Origin: an uncultured virus (IMG/VR IMGVR_UViG_3300032167_000096)
Lineage: Duplodnaviria > Heunggongvirae > Uroviricota > Caudoviricetes
Virus record (IMG/VR): IMGVR_UViG_3300032167_000096
Coordinates: 1 to 64,000 of that record
Reading direction: 5' to 3' (one strand)
DNA length: 64,000 bases
Positions 47,830-57,800 of the stretch are shown here, one piece after another. How positions within the stretch are numbered: position 1 is the stretch's first letter; every line of letters starts with the position of its first letter. Below the pieces are notes generated by a model. That model was not told where the DNA came from and searched no databases. It saw only the letters and a program-made list of their open reading frames with translations. A program made the position numbers and the translations under genes.

Positions 47830-50800
47830 ATGGCACAAAGTATTGATAAAAGTACTAATCTTACATCTGACGTCTATGGTATAAACTCCTACGTCAATGA
47901 AATTAAGAAAAACTTTACTCCTACAGCTAATGAAGAGACTTTAATGCTTGGAATATTCGGTTATGCTGGACAAATGTTTTCTGATCTTATGCAGAATAGT
48001 ATTGTTATGGCTTCTGAATTTTCTAATGAGTCGATTGCAACTAAGGCTAAATTCGAAAAGAATGTTATTGCTCATGCAAGAGGCCTTGGAATTACAGGAA
48101 TTGATGCAGTTCCTGCCACAATGGAAGTACTATTAACTTTCGTTGAAGAAGATATCGAGAATGCAATTGGAACGAATCCTGATGGTGGTTGGAGCTTTAC
48201 TTTTGATAAAGACACTGCTATATATATTGGAAAATATCCATTCTTTGTAGACTATGATATCGAAATCCAAAAAATTAGATTAGAGAATAGTGGTATTATT
48301 GAAGACTTTACATATACTGCAAAGTATATTATTGATGATGATAATCCTATCTCTGATATTACCAACCCTTGTATTTCGTCTCCTGTAAAGATGATGGTAA
48401 GTAATAAAAGTATTATCTTTATGCCTGTAAAACTTCATCAAGTTATGAAGACGAATATCGTTAAGAAGATTTTAAGTGATAACTCTATTTCTTCTAAAAC
48501 TCTTACTTTTGAATTTGAAGGACAACTTGCAGCATTCAATATAGATGTAACTGAAGGTGATAAAGTCACACACCTCATTCCTGTATATGAAGGCTTAATT
48601 TCTTCGAATAAAAAGTACCCTTATTTTTACTATAGCTATCTAGACTCTAAAACGATTAGAATTAAATTTGATCGTTCCTCTTATGCACCTAGAATAAATA
48701 GCGAGGTAAAGATAAATATTTGGACGACTGAGGGCGAAGGAGGTAACTTTAGTTATGCACCCGAAGTATACCCTGGTTTTGCTTGCGAATCTGAAAAGTA
48801 TGGTTATGCAAATATAGCTTGTGAAGTCAGACCTGTTGATGGAGAATCTTCTTATGGATCTAATAAAAAGACAATTGAGGAACTTCAGCAACTGATTCCG
48901 AGGGAAGCATCTGCTAGAGGAGCTATTACGAACTTGACCGATTTGGAAAACTTCTTTAATGCTCTTGATACAGATGATTCTAAGATTTATCTTTATAAGA
49001 AGCGTGATAATGCGCTTGAAAGATTATACTATTCGTTTATTCTTATAAGAGATGCATATAATAATATAATTCCGACAAATACCGTTGATGTTAAGGCATA
49101 CGTTAATGATCTTGTAGTGTCTAATGAAAATGGTAATAAAAGGTATACTCTTCCGAGAGGCGAGCTTCTTAAGCTAACTGATGATGGAACGTGTATGCTT
49201 ATAAGCAAAGACAATATTCCTGCAGACTTTGATCCGTATAAGGAAACTGAAGATGCTAAAGATGCCGATGGATTCGATTACAAGAAATTCCTATTCTATT
49301 ACACATCTCCATATAACTTCACGATCAATCATAGTCCTGCTTATGGAACCTATAATCTTACAATTATGGATTCTAAGAAATTCCTTGAGTTCTCTCATAT
49401 CAATGATAAATCATTGTATCAATATATAGCTACTGTTATGAATTGCTATAGAGGTACAAATGAGGAAGAATCAAATGATTATTCTTTCACAATTAAAATG
49501 GAGCAGAATATTTCAAATGCAAATGAAAACGACAAATCCCTTCAGGTGTTTGCTGTATTCTACGACAGTGAAGGAACTCCTTATACATGGGCTCAAGCAG
49601 AATGTGTAAATGTTGCAGAATCTACTGCCGTTGTATACACATATAAATTCAAATTCAAGACCGATAACTATATGGATACATCCGGAAGACTTCGTATTAC
49701 AGAAGGCATGTTTGATAAAGGCATTACTGTAAAAGGTATGGCTAATCCTTTAAGAGGAGAATATGATACTGTAGAAGAGTTCCAAACTATTCAAGATCCT
49801 GTTATCGGCGATTATGCAATTGCTGCTGGGGAATATTATAAGTATGATGGTACAGAGTGGATTAAGCAAACTATGAAGCTCTCCACTAATGAATCTTATG
49901 TGCCCGCAAATTGCAAATGCGTTCTCTATATGCTTTATAAAGCCGATGGAGAAATGCCAATTGATTGGCAGGGACTTGATGCTATAATCCCTGAATTTAA
50001 TGCATATAAATACGAGAATCCAAAGATTACTGGTTATGAATCTATGGAAAAACTTCAAGAGGTAGAAAAACCTGTAGAAGGAGAGTATGCTCTTATTGGG
50101 GAAACCTATTATCAGTATAATGGAACAGATTGGGTTGAAACAGAAGCTCCTGTTACAGGATACGTATTTGATAAAGTCGCTAATATTAGAGATTATACTC
50201 TTGCGAATACCTATAATGTAACTGAAGGAGTAGATTTCTTTTATAACTATTCTGAGGTTATTGATTCTCCTATTGTAATCAATAGTGATGAAAATGGAGA
50301 ATATTTTATTATCAAAGGTATGCCTGTAGTTAAATATAACTATTTCGATACTGAAGATAAAGCTATCGAGCTCTGTAGAGAGCTTGTTCGTCGTAAGAAT
50401 TATATTGATTATGCTGTAACTATCCTTGAGGATGCTTTCGGTATAGACTTTAAATTCTTTAATACGTATGGACCTTCTAAGCTATTTGTCACAGATGAAG
50501 TTGAACAAACTTGTCTTGATAGAACAAATATATCTCTAAAGTTTAGACTTAAACTTAGAGCAAATTATAATAAGAACGTTGTTAATTCAATTACCGAAGA
50601 CATCAAGAATTATGTCGAGGATATCACTAGTATCGAGTCCCTTCATATTCCGAACCTTATTACGGAAATTACTTCAAAATATAGAGAGTCTATTGTATAC
50701 TTCGAATTTGTTGGAATAAATGATTATGGTACAAGTGTTCAGCATCTTCATGCTCAAACCATGCCAGACAGTGTTGTTGTTCCAGAATTCCTTAGTATTC

Positions 50801-50859
50801 ATACGATTCTTAATAGAGAAGGTAAGTGGGTTCCGGACATCACGATACAAATGGTATAA
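47830..50859 (+). CDS. Baseplate wedge protein (T4 gp6/BplJ-like)
   Basis: TKAKFEKNVIAHARGLG, IWTTEGEGGN, GSNKKTIEELQQLIP...RGAITNLTDL. Confidence 0.75.
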   Translation: MAQSIDKSTNLTSDVYGINSYVNEIKKNFTPTANEETLMLGIFGYAGQMFSDLMQNSIVMASEFSNESIATKAKFEKNVIAHARGLGITGIDAVPATMEVLLTFVEEDIENAIGTNPDGGWSFTFDKDTAIYIGKYPFFVDYDIEIQKIRLENSGIIEDFTYTAKYIIDDDNPISDITNPCISSPVKMMVSNKSIIFMPVKLHQVMKTNIVKKILSDNSISSKTLTFEFEGQLAAFNIDVTEGDKVTHLIPVYEGLISSNKKYPYFYYSYLDSKTIRIKFDRSSYAPRINSEVKINIWTTEGEGGNFSYAPEVYPGFACESEKYGYANIACEVRPVDGESSYGSNKKTIEELQQLIPREASARGAITNLTDLENFFNALDTDDSKIYLYKKRDNALERLYYSFILIRDAYNNIIPTNTVDVKAYVNDLVVSNENGNKRYTLPRGELLKLTDDGTCMLISKDNIPADFDPYKETEDAKDADGFDYKKFLFYYTSPYNFTINHSPAYGTYNLTIMDSKKFLEFSHINDKSLYQYIATVMNCYRGTNEEESNDYSFTIKMEQNISNANENDKSLQVFAVFYDSEGTPYTWAQAECVNVAESTAVVYTYKFKFKTDNYMDTSGRLRITEGMFDKGITVKGMANPLRGEYDTVEEFQTIQDPVIGDYAIAAGEYYKYDGTEWIKQTMKLSTNESYVPANCKCVLYMLYKADGEMPIDWQGLDAIIPEFNAYKYENPKITGYESMEKLQEVEKPVEGEYALIGETYYQYNGTDWVETEAPVTGYVFDKVANIRDYTLANTYNVTEGVDFFYNYSEVIDSPIVINSDENGEYFIIKGMPVVKYNYFDTEDKAIELCRELVRRKNYIDYAVTILEDAFGIDFKFFNTYGPSKLFVTDEVEQTCLDRTNISLKFRLKLRANYNKNVVNSITEDIKNYVEDITSIESLHIPNLITEITSKYRESIVYFEFVGINDYGTSVQHLHAQTMPDSVVVPEFLSIHTILNREGKWVPDITIQMV

Positions 50860-50899
50860 AACATAATAATAAGAAATTCTTCGAGGAGGTTAATATATC

Positions 50900-51832
50900 A
50901 TGAACGATTTTAAGGTTTCTGAGAAAGTTGCCAGAAAGAATAAAGCTTTCATTGAGGCAGCTATCGAGAATTATAATAATTCGCATAAAGTCACAAAAGA
51001 AAATTTTGATCTCCCGTTCTCTGCGGAAACTAAAGCTTATCTTGAAGCTAGAGACCACCATGCAAGCGTGGCTAATCGCTATACAAGCTTTATTGAGACG
51101 GTAAATAGATCTCTTGTCGTTGAAGCCCTCTACAGAATTCTTTCCGAGTCTATTTCGGATGAAGCTCGTGCAGATGATACGAGCAGATCAATTCTTAGAG
51201 CAATGACCAATCAGTACGTTCAGGAGAATGGATACTATGAGATTCTTAATAGAATGAAGCATGGTTCTGCTGTTCTATCTGAAATGTATAATGTAATTAC
51301 TACAGCTTCTGAAGCTATTAGAGAGTCTGTTGATAGAAAGGATCCTAATACCTTTACTATTACATCCGATATGAAGGATGAATTCTTTAAGCAGCTTGAT
51401 TATGCTGATACTGAATCTGTAGCAGCTGCTATTCACGATAGAGTTGCTGATGCAATGAACGATTTCGTTGCAGCTAATACTAAGGACCATGAAGATATCA
51501 CTAAAACTCTTCAGAGTGCACAGGAAAAGATCGATTCTACTTCTGATGCAAGCCTGAAGGAAAGCTATCAGATTGCTGCAAAGCGTAAGACTAATGCAAT
51601 CAGAACAGCTCCTAAGAGTGTATTCCATGGAATGGTTTCTGCTATGTGTGAAAGTGTTCTCAAGAATAAGGATATGCATGCAGAGTTTATGAATGAGGGG
51701 CATCTTGATATTGATAAGATTGTTTCTCGTACTTCTTTGATGTATACTTTTATGGAAATGCTTAATACTAGCCGTCTCGAGAAAGTTAATGCTTCCTTTA
51801 TCGAGAATACCATTGCAAGTCTTAAGAAGTAA
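50900..51832 (+). CDS. Putative virion structural protein
   Basis: Late promoter at 50860-50871; helical, several ES sites; YTFMEMLNT motif. Confidence 0.55.
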   Translation: MNDFKVSEKVARKNKAFIEAAIENYNNSHKVTKENFDLPFSAETKAYLEARDHHASVANRYTSFIETVNRSLVVEALYRILSESISDEARADDTSRSILRAMTNQYVQENGYYEILNRMKHGSAVLSEMYNVITTASEAIRESVDRKDPNTFTITSDMKDEFFKQLDYADTESVAAAIHDRVADAMNDFVAANTKDHEDITKTLQSAQEKIDSTSDASLKESYQIAAKRKTNAIRTAPKSVFHGMVSAMCESVLKNKDMHAEFMNEGHLDIDKIVSRTSLMYTFMEMLNTSRLEKVNASFIENTIASLKK

Positions 51833-51876
51833 AAATAATAATCCCCTATAGCTTATCGGCTATAGGGGATTTGTTT

Positions 51877-52281
51877 TTAAAGCTTGATAACCAGAATATT
51901 ATCTGCCAAGCAAGACACATGACAAAAATTCGATAGATTGGTATAAACTTCTTCTGGGATAGCTCCTCCGAAGAAGGAACAAAGTTCTGTATGATGATTC
52001 TGAATAAAACTCCTAAAAATATTAGGAATGATTTGATTATAATAGAATTCAGAAGCATGATGAAAACCGCGAATTTTTCTCATTCCAGTTTTCTTAATCT
52101 TAATAATGAATTGATACTGGATAGCATCATAGTCTATAGAAAGACTATCAATATTCGTAGATATATATCCAGTAAGCTCTTGAATACATTCATTTCTATT
52201 AAAGAAATTAGTAAAAAGTATGTATCTCATCTTATTTAGATTTGCAAGATTCGTATAATAATTATTATTATTGACAATCAT
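51877..52281 (-). CDS. Hypothetical protein
   Basis: 134-aa ORF with AGGAGG RBS; bidirectional terminator at 51842-51871. Confidence 0.6.
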   Translation of the reverse strand: MIVNNNNYYTNLANLNKMRYILFTNFFNRNECIQELTGYISTNIDSLSIDYDAIQYQFIIKIKKTGMRKIRGFHHASEFYYNQIIPNIFRSFIQNHHTELCSFFGGAIPEEVYTNLSNFCHVSCLADNILVIKL

Positions 52282-52297
52282 GATTAATTAACCTCCT

Positions 52298-53011
52298 TCA
52301 GTGAAAATACTTTAAGTCATATTCCGCATTGTAATCTGTACGATTAATAATACTAGAATATTGATGCTTGTTATAAACCATATTCAGATATTTGACCCGT
52401 ATTTCAACACGAGGCAACACCGAATAATATCTATGGATAGACCCATCTATAACCAGTGTGTCGTCTAACCAGACATTAGCATTAAACATATCGCTATATT
52501 TTTTGCCTAAATTGTCCCAGTCTGGTTTAGATATGGGTCTATGTAATCCAATTTCTGCAAGTATAGTATCTTCTTTATTATAATAAGAAGGGGTCTTCAG
52601 AAATGCGTGAATGTCTATAATACACGGAGTGCATATCATAGAATCTAAAGCGTCAAATTCTTCCTGACTCATTAACCGTTTCATAAACATATTGTCTTCT
52701 TTACCAGTTAATGAATATACATGAACAAAATTTGGATTGGACATTGCCATATTCGACAGATTGGAGCGATTTACTAATCGAAATCGTGGACGCGGAGATC
52801 CTTCTGGGACTTCAAATAATATAATCTCTGTACTGAAATAATTCAAACTATCCATCATCATGTCTCTTTTATGCAATATTTCAAATGCTTGGCTTTCAGT
52901 TATCTTATATTTATCATACAGCCATTCGAGACGTTCCTTATAGTCTATAGGAATATCTCCGAATTTATTTACATAATCTGTATGTTTTTGGCTTCGATTT
53001 TTTCTTTTCAT
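52298..53011 (-). CDS. rusA: RusA-like Holliday junction resolvase
   Basis: PEGSPRPRF, KPDWDNLGKKYSD, WLDDTLVI, YSVLPRVEI. Confidence 0.85.
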   Translation of the reverse strand: MKRKNRSQKHTDYVNKFGDIPIDYKERLEWLYDKYKITESQAFEILHKRDMMMDSLNYFSTEIILFEVPEGSPRPRFRLVNRSNLSNMAMSNPNFVHVYSLTGKEDNMFMKRLMSQEEFDALDSMICTPCIIDIHAFLKTPSYYNKEDTILAEIGLHRPISKPDWDNLGKKYSDMFNANVWLDDTLVIDGSIHRYYSVLPRVEIRVKYLNMVYNKHQYSSIINRTDYNAEYDLKYFH

Positions 53012-53101
53012 TCATCTTCACCAACTTTTATAAGATTTTGAGGATACAGGAATAACCCTGTATCCTCATTGATATGTTTCGGGATGTATAGAATTTTACA
53101 C

Positions 53102-54775
53102 TTAATCCCCTCTATAGATACCCATAACCAAATTTTGAACCTTTTCCTGAATTCCTCCCCATATATCAATTTGGAAGAAGTCTTGAAGTCTACTAGAGAC
53201 ATTCAATGTATACCACATATCAATCATACGAGTAATTTCAGGTTTATATATATTAATACCGCAAAGGTTAGCCAAATAATCCATTAATGCAGTATTATTT
53301 AAGGTATCATACTTCCATGAAGTAGAATTTGTTGCAGTAACGGACATTGCAGAATAAAGATCCTTGATAGAAATATCTACTTCGATAGACGTAGGAATTC
53401 CATCAGGAGTCCATTGACATTCGGCACCTTTATTTACACTCATACTTGTAATAATTCCCATATCTACATTAAAGAATCCTTTATAGATAGCTCTAACTAG
53501 GAATGGGTTTGTATATCCATTTGGATTTGCCTCAACCGTCTGAGGTGCTACAAGTGCAAGTAGATGTAATAGGGGTACTATTACATTAAGATAGACACTA
53601 AGTTTTGAAGGGTCTGGAGCTATAAACTTAAATTTACAGCTATATTCTCTAGAGAAAGAGGAATCAGACCATATTTCTGGGAAAGTAAGTTTACCACCAC
53701 TAGCAACTGTAACAAGATGATTGGAAAGATTGCTAAGGAAGTTTCCTTTTCCAAGAAGCTTATTTACAGTATCGGTTACATTTTCGATATTAGATGCGAC
53801 ATCAGCATCATTGAGAGCATTCAGATTAATAGCAGATGAACCATATCCAAGAAGGAAATTAATCTCTCTACCCATATCAGATACCTGATTAATTGTTCCA
53901 GCTATCATAGACTGTGTTGTGCTATTACTATAACTTTCACTTACAGAAGTATCTGTATCCATATAAAAAGGTATAGAAGTATATGTACCAAAATCAGCAA
54001 TAGATTTCAAACCAGTTTTTGTATATGTTTCCCAGTTCATATTTCTAATTTTTGTGCCATTAAGATAGACATCTCCAATACCTAGAAAAATTGCAGCAGC
54101 TCTGCACATTGGGTTGACAAATTTATAATAGCGTTTAGGATTATATTCAAAAGTATAATAACGCCCAGCTCCTTTAAGCAAATCATCAATACTCCCGGTC
54201 TGATTTCCGGCACCAGCATTGATCAATTTACTAAGAATATTTTTCTTAGAACTTTCAGAATATTTACTCATGAAATTCGCTTTTCCTGGGGCTATGAAGA
54301 GTAATGGTATTCGCTCAATAATTCTTTCTCCATATTCATAACCAATGTTTTCTGTAGAGCTTGAACCATCGAGACGTGGGTCAGTGTTTGGAAGAAATTG
54401 ATAGGGCAGACCAAAAACACCGGCCACATGCTTAATCTTTACAAATTCAGAGTTATTTATATTAGTATTTTGGCTTGCAAGAATATCTGAAGTAGAAGGA
54501 AGATATCCGCTACTTTCATCAGCAGATCCTCCAGAAGAAGCAGCTCGCATCATTATTCTTGGCGCACCCATTTCCATATAAGTCTCTTCAGCAGTATATG
54601 CTAAAGACCATCCTTCTGAATGCTTGATCCATAAAGATCCATCAATTTCTTTTGATTCTTGTTCAATAATAACTTTTCCTTGGGATAGAGCTCCTCTAAC
54701 TAAAGAAGTCTCACTATACCCAGATCTTATATAAATAGAAGAAGATGTTACAGTCCAAGTTGAATTCTTAGCCAT
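53102..54775 (-). CDS. Baseplate/tail-tube initiator-like protein with N-terminal SH3b-like domain
   Basis: IYIRSG...GAL..G...W....GW (SH3b-like); PEIWSDSSFSR, PFLVR, GIITSMSV.KG, WT.DG.P.SIEV.ISIKDL; late promoter at 54812-54823. Confidence 0.6.
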   Translation of the reverse strand: MAKNSTWTVTSSSIYIRSGYSETSLVRGALSQGKVIIEQESKEIDGSLWIKHSEGWSLAYTAEETYMEMGAPRIMMRAASSGGSADESSGYLPSTSDILASQNTNINNSEFVKIKHVAGVFGLPYQFLPNTDPRLDGSSSTENIGYEYGERIIERIPLLFIAPGKANFMSKYSESSKKNILSKLINAGAGNQTGSIDDLLKGAGRYYTFEYNPKRYYKFVNPMCRAAAIFLGIGDVYLNGTKIRNMNWETYTKTGLKSIADFGTYTSIPFYMDTDTSVSESYSNSTTQSMIAGTINQVSDMGREINFLLGYGSSAINLNALNDADVASNIENVTDTVNKLLGKGNFLSNLSNHLVTVASGGKLTFPEIWSDSSFSREYSCKFKFIAPDPSKLSVYLNVIVPLLHLLALVAPQTVEANPNGYTNPFLVRAIYKGFFNVDMGIITSMSVNKGAECQWTPDGIPTSIEVDISIKDLYSAMSVTATNSTSWKYDTLNNTALMDYLANLCGINIYKPEITRMIDMWYTLNVSSRLQDFFQIDIWGGIQEKVQNLVMGIYRGD

Positions 54776-54861
54776 TTACTGTTACCTCCTATTCAATATT
54801 TTCTATTCAATTAATATATAGTTGGAAGGGTCTAAAATGACCCTTCCAACCTTCATTTTAG

Positions 54862-57800
54862 TTATTCTTTAGCGATTGCAGCCATTGCTGTGAGGATATA
54901 TTCATTATCCGAGCCATTCAGCATCTTAGAGACGCTTCCAGCATCGCCGCCGCCTTTCTTTATAAGATCAGCAAGAGCTCTTTCAGTTCTAGCCTTTCCT
55001 TGATTAGCAGCTTTATTCACCTCTTCAGGATCAATATCGATATTGAACTTGCTAGATAAGATATCAAGTATCTTAACAAGCAGAGCACTATTATCAGAAA
55101 TATTCATAAGAAGAGTTACAATTGTCTGCAAGAATGTCGCATAATCAACAGTCTTAGCCATAGCATTAGCTCTACCAGCCGATGTCATAATCCTGCTTGT
55201 TCTAGCATCCTCTGTCTCATAAGAATTCAGAGCATCTCTAGCACGTCCAGCATTCTTCTTAAAGTCAGCATTATGAGCCGATCCATGATAAGTATCGTAG
55301 ATTGTAGCAGCATAACCCTTAGGAGTCTCATAATCAAGCGATTCATCAGTTTTATCATCCATATGATACTGCTTAAGATATGCATCAGAAGCAGCAGCAT
55401 GATCAGTAGAACCACGAAGTGCAGAATATAGACTAGATCTTTCGGATTTCATGTTATCGACAAGGAACTTCATCTGAGCATCAAGATCTCCGATAGAAGC
55501 ACCCTTCTTAACAGTAGCATCATAGAGCTTACGTTTTCTATTTGCTGAATGCCACATTGTCATACCATAGCCAGAACCATCAGTAGCAAACTGCTCCCTA
55601 GTCTTCTGACCTCTGTCGACCATGTAAGTATAACCAACGTCAGTACCAAGATCTTCTTCCTTAGAATCTTCAAGGTTTGCAGTCTTAAACTTGGAGCTAT
55701 TATAGATATTACCCATAATACCAGCAGCACCATGTTCAGAGAAACCTTTAGATCTCAAATACTTCCAAAGTTTTGCAGCGATTTCAGGGTTTTCAAACTC
55801 TGCTTCGCTTGTCGATCCAGAGATAGCATTATATGCATCTTCTCCAAACATCGACTTTACAAGAGAACTGGTAAGAGAACCGAAACTAGACATAAGAGCA
55901 TTGAAGCTCGTCTTTCTTCCTTCTTCTTCACCGTTTTCCCCATCACCTAATCCATAGCGTCCACGGCCCTTACCGCTAACAATGGTAGAAGTCATCATAG
56001 AATTCAATACCTTATCTTTCTTGTAAACAAGAGAGCTCTGAGGCATATCAGGATCCTCGACAACAATATTACCATTCGCATCAAGACCAATAGCAGTTAC
56101 GAAATGAGGAGTAGTTCCAAATGTTGCACCATGTTTGTTAGTCTTATCCTGTCCAAGCATAATTACCTGCTGTCCATTCTTAAGAGCTTCCATTATAGCG
56201 CCTCTATTTGTCGTATTCGTAGCATCAATATTCTGAGAATTCAAGAAGGATTTAAAGTAACCTATATCGGTACCTCCTCCAGGAATTGTCATACCTTTGT
56301 CTTCAGCATAATCTGCAGCTTTTCTTACAGACATAGAGCCTGCGCCACGAAGACGATTAATAGCATTTGTAGCGGCTACAGGACCACATCCAGCTTTACC
56401 TATTGTACTGTCGCCATAAGGCATTCCAGCAAGTTCAGGTCCAGACTGATATTTATGCCCTAAGCCATAATGGGCACGCATTTTTGCAGCATCATCAGAT
56501 GCATTAGAAGAAAACCAACCTTTTACGGTATCCCAAGCACTACTAAATGCTCCAGATATTTTATCCCATGCACCACTAATACCACTTTTAATCTTTTCTC
56601 CAAGATTTGATGCGGCTTCTGTAATTCCACTAGTAAGATCTTTGAAAGTGAATCCATCTTTTACCTTTTGGATTGCTGTTGTGATTCCTTCTTTAATCTT
56701 TCCAATAGCCTGTATAACAAGAGTTACAGGTGTCATAAGAACTTTACCGATATTAAATATTACATTAGCAATTGTATCACAAGTACTATTGCCTGTAGAT
56801 TCAACTTTACTCGGAAGCTCTTCTCCCGCCCAAGCCTTAGTAAATAAAGTGCCAAATGCAGATCCGACTTTAGGGAATATTAGTTTAGATCCATCGATGA
56901 ATCCCTTAACTGTATCGACTACACGTCCAACAGCATAGGTTAACGTACGAGGAACAAACATAACCACCTTAACAACTCCAAATATTACGTTCTGAATCTT
57001 ATCGAGCAGATCAACTCCAGTTGTAGGTAGACTTTCATCAGATTCTTCACCCTTCCAAGCACTTGTAAACAAATTACCAGTTCCAGAAAGAATATTAGGA
57101 ATAATCTTCTTAGCTCCATCTATAACTGTCTTAACAGCATCGACAACTCTTCCGACTGCATAAGTTAGAGTTCTAGGAATAAATGTGATTACCTTAACTA
57201 CACCAAAGATACCATTCTGGATTTTATCGAGCAAATCTGTACCAGTGCTAGGTAGAGTGCGATCATTATCTTCACCTTTCCATGCATCTTTGAACAAGTT
57301 ACCCGTTCCAGTAGCGATATTAGGAATAATCTTTTTAGATCCATCAATTACCGCTTTAACAGCATCTACTACACGACCAACCGCATAAGTCAAGGTTCTA
57401 GGAACGAAGGTCATAACCTTAACAACTCCAAAGATACCACCCTGAATCTTATCAAGAAGCTCATTTCCTGTACTAGGAAGCTCGCTATTATTCTCTTGAC
57501 CCTTCCAAGCATCTACAAATAGCTGCCCAGTACCCTTAGCAACGTTGGGTATAATGAGTTTAGCTGCATTGATAACAGACTTAACAGCATCTACAACTCT
57601 ACCTACAGCATAGGTTAAAGTTCTAGGTACGAATGTCATCACCTTAACTACCCCAAAGATACCGCCTTGAATTTTGTCAAGCAACTCATTTCCTGTACTA
57701 GGAAGCTCGCTATTATTCTCTTGACCCTTCCAAGCCGAAACAAATAAGTCTCCAGTACCTTTTGCAATATTAGGTATAATAAGCTTAGCAGCATTAATTA

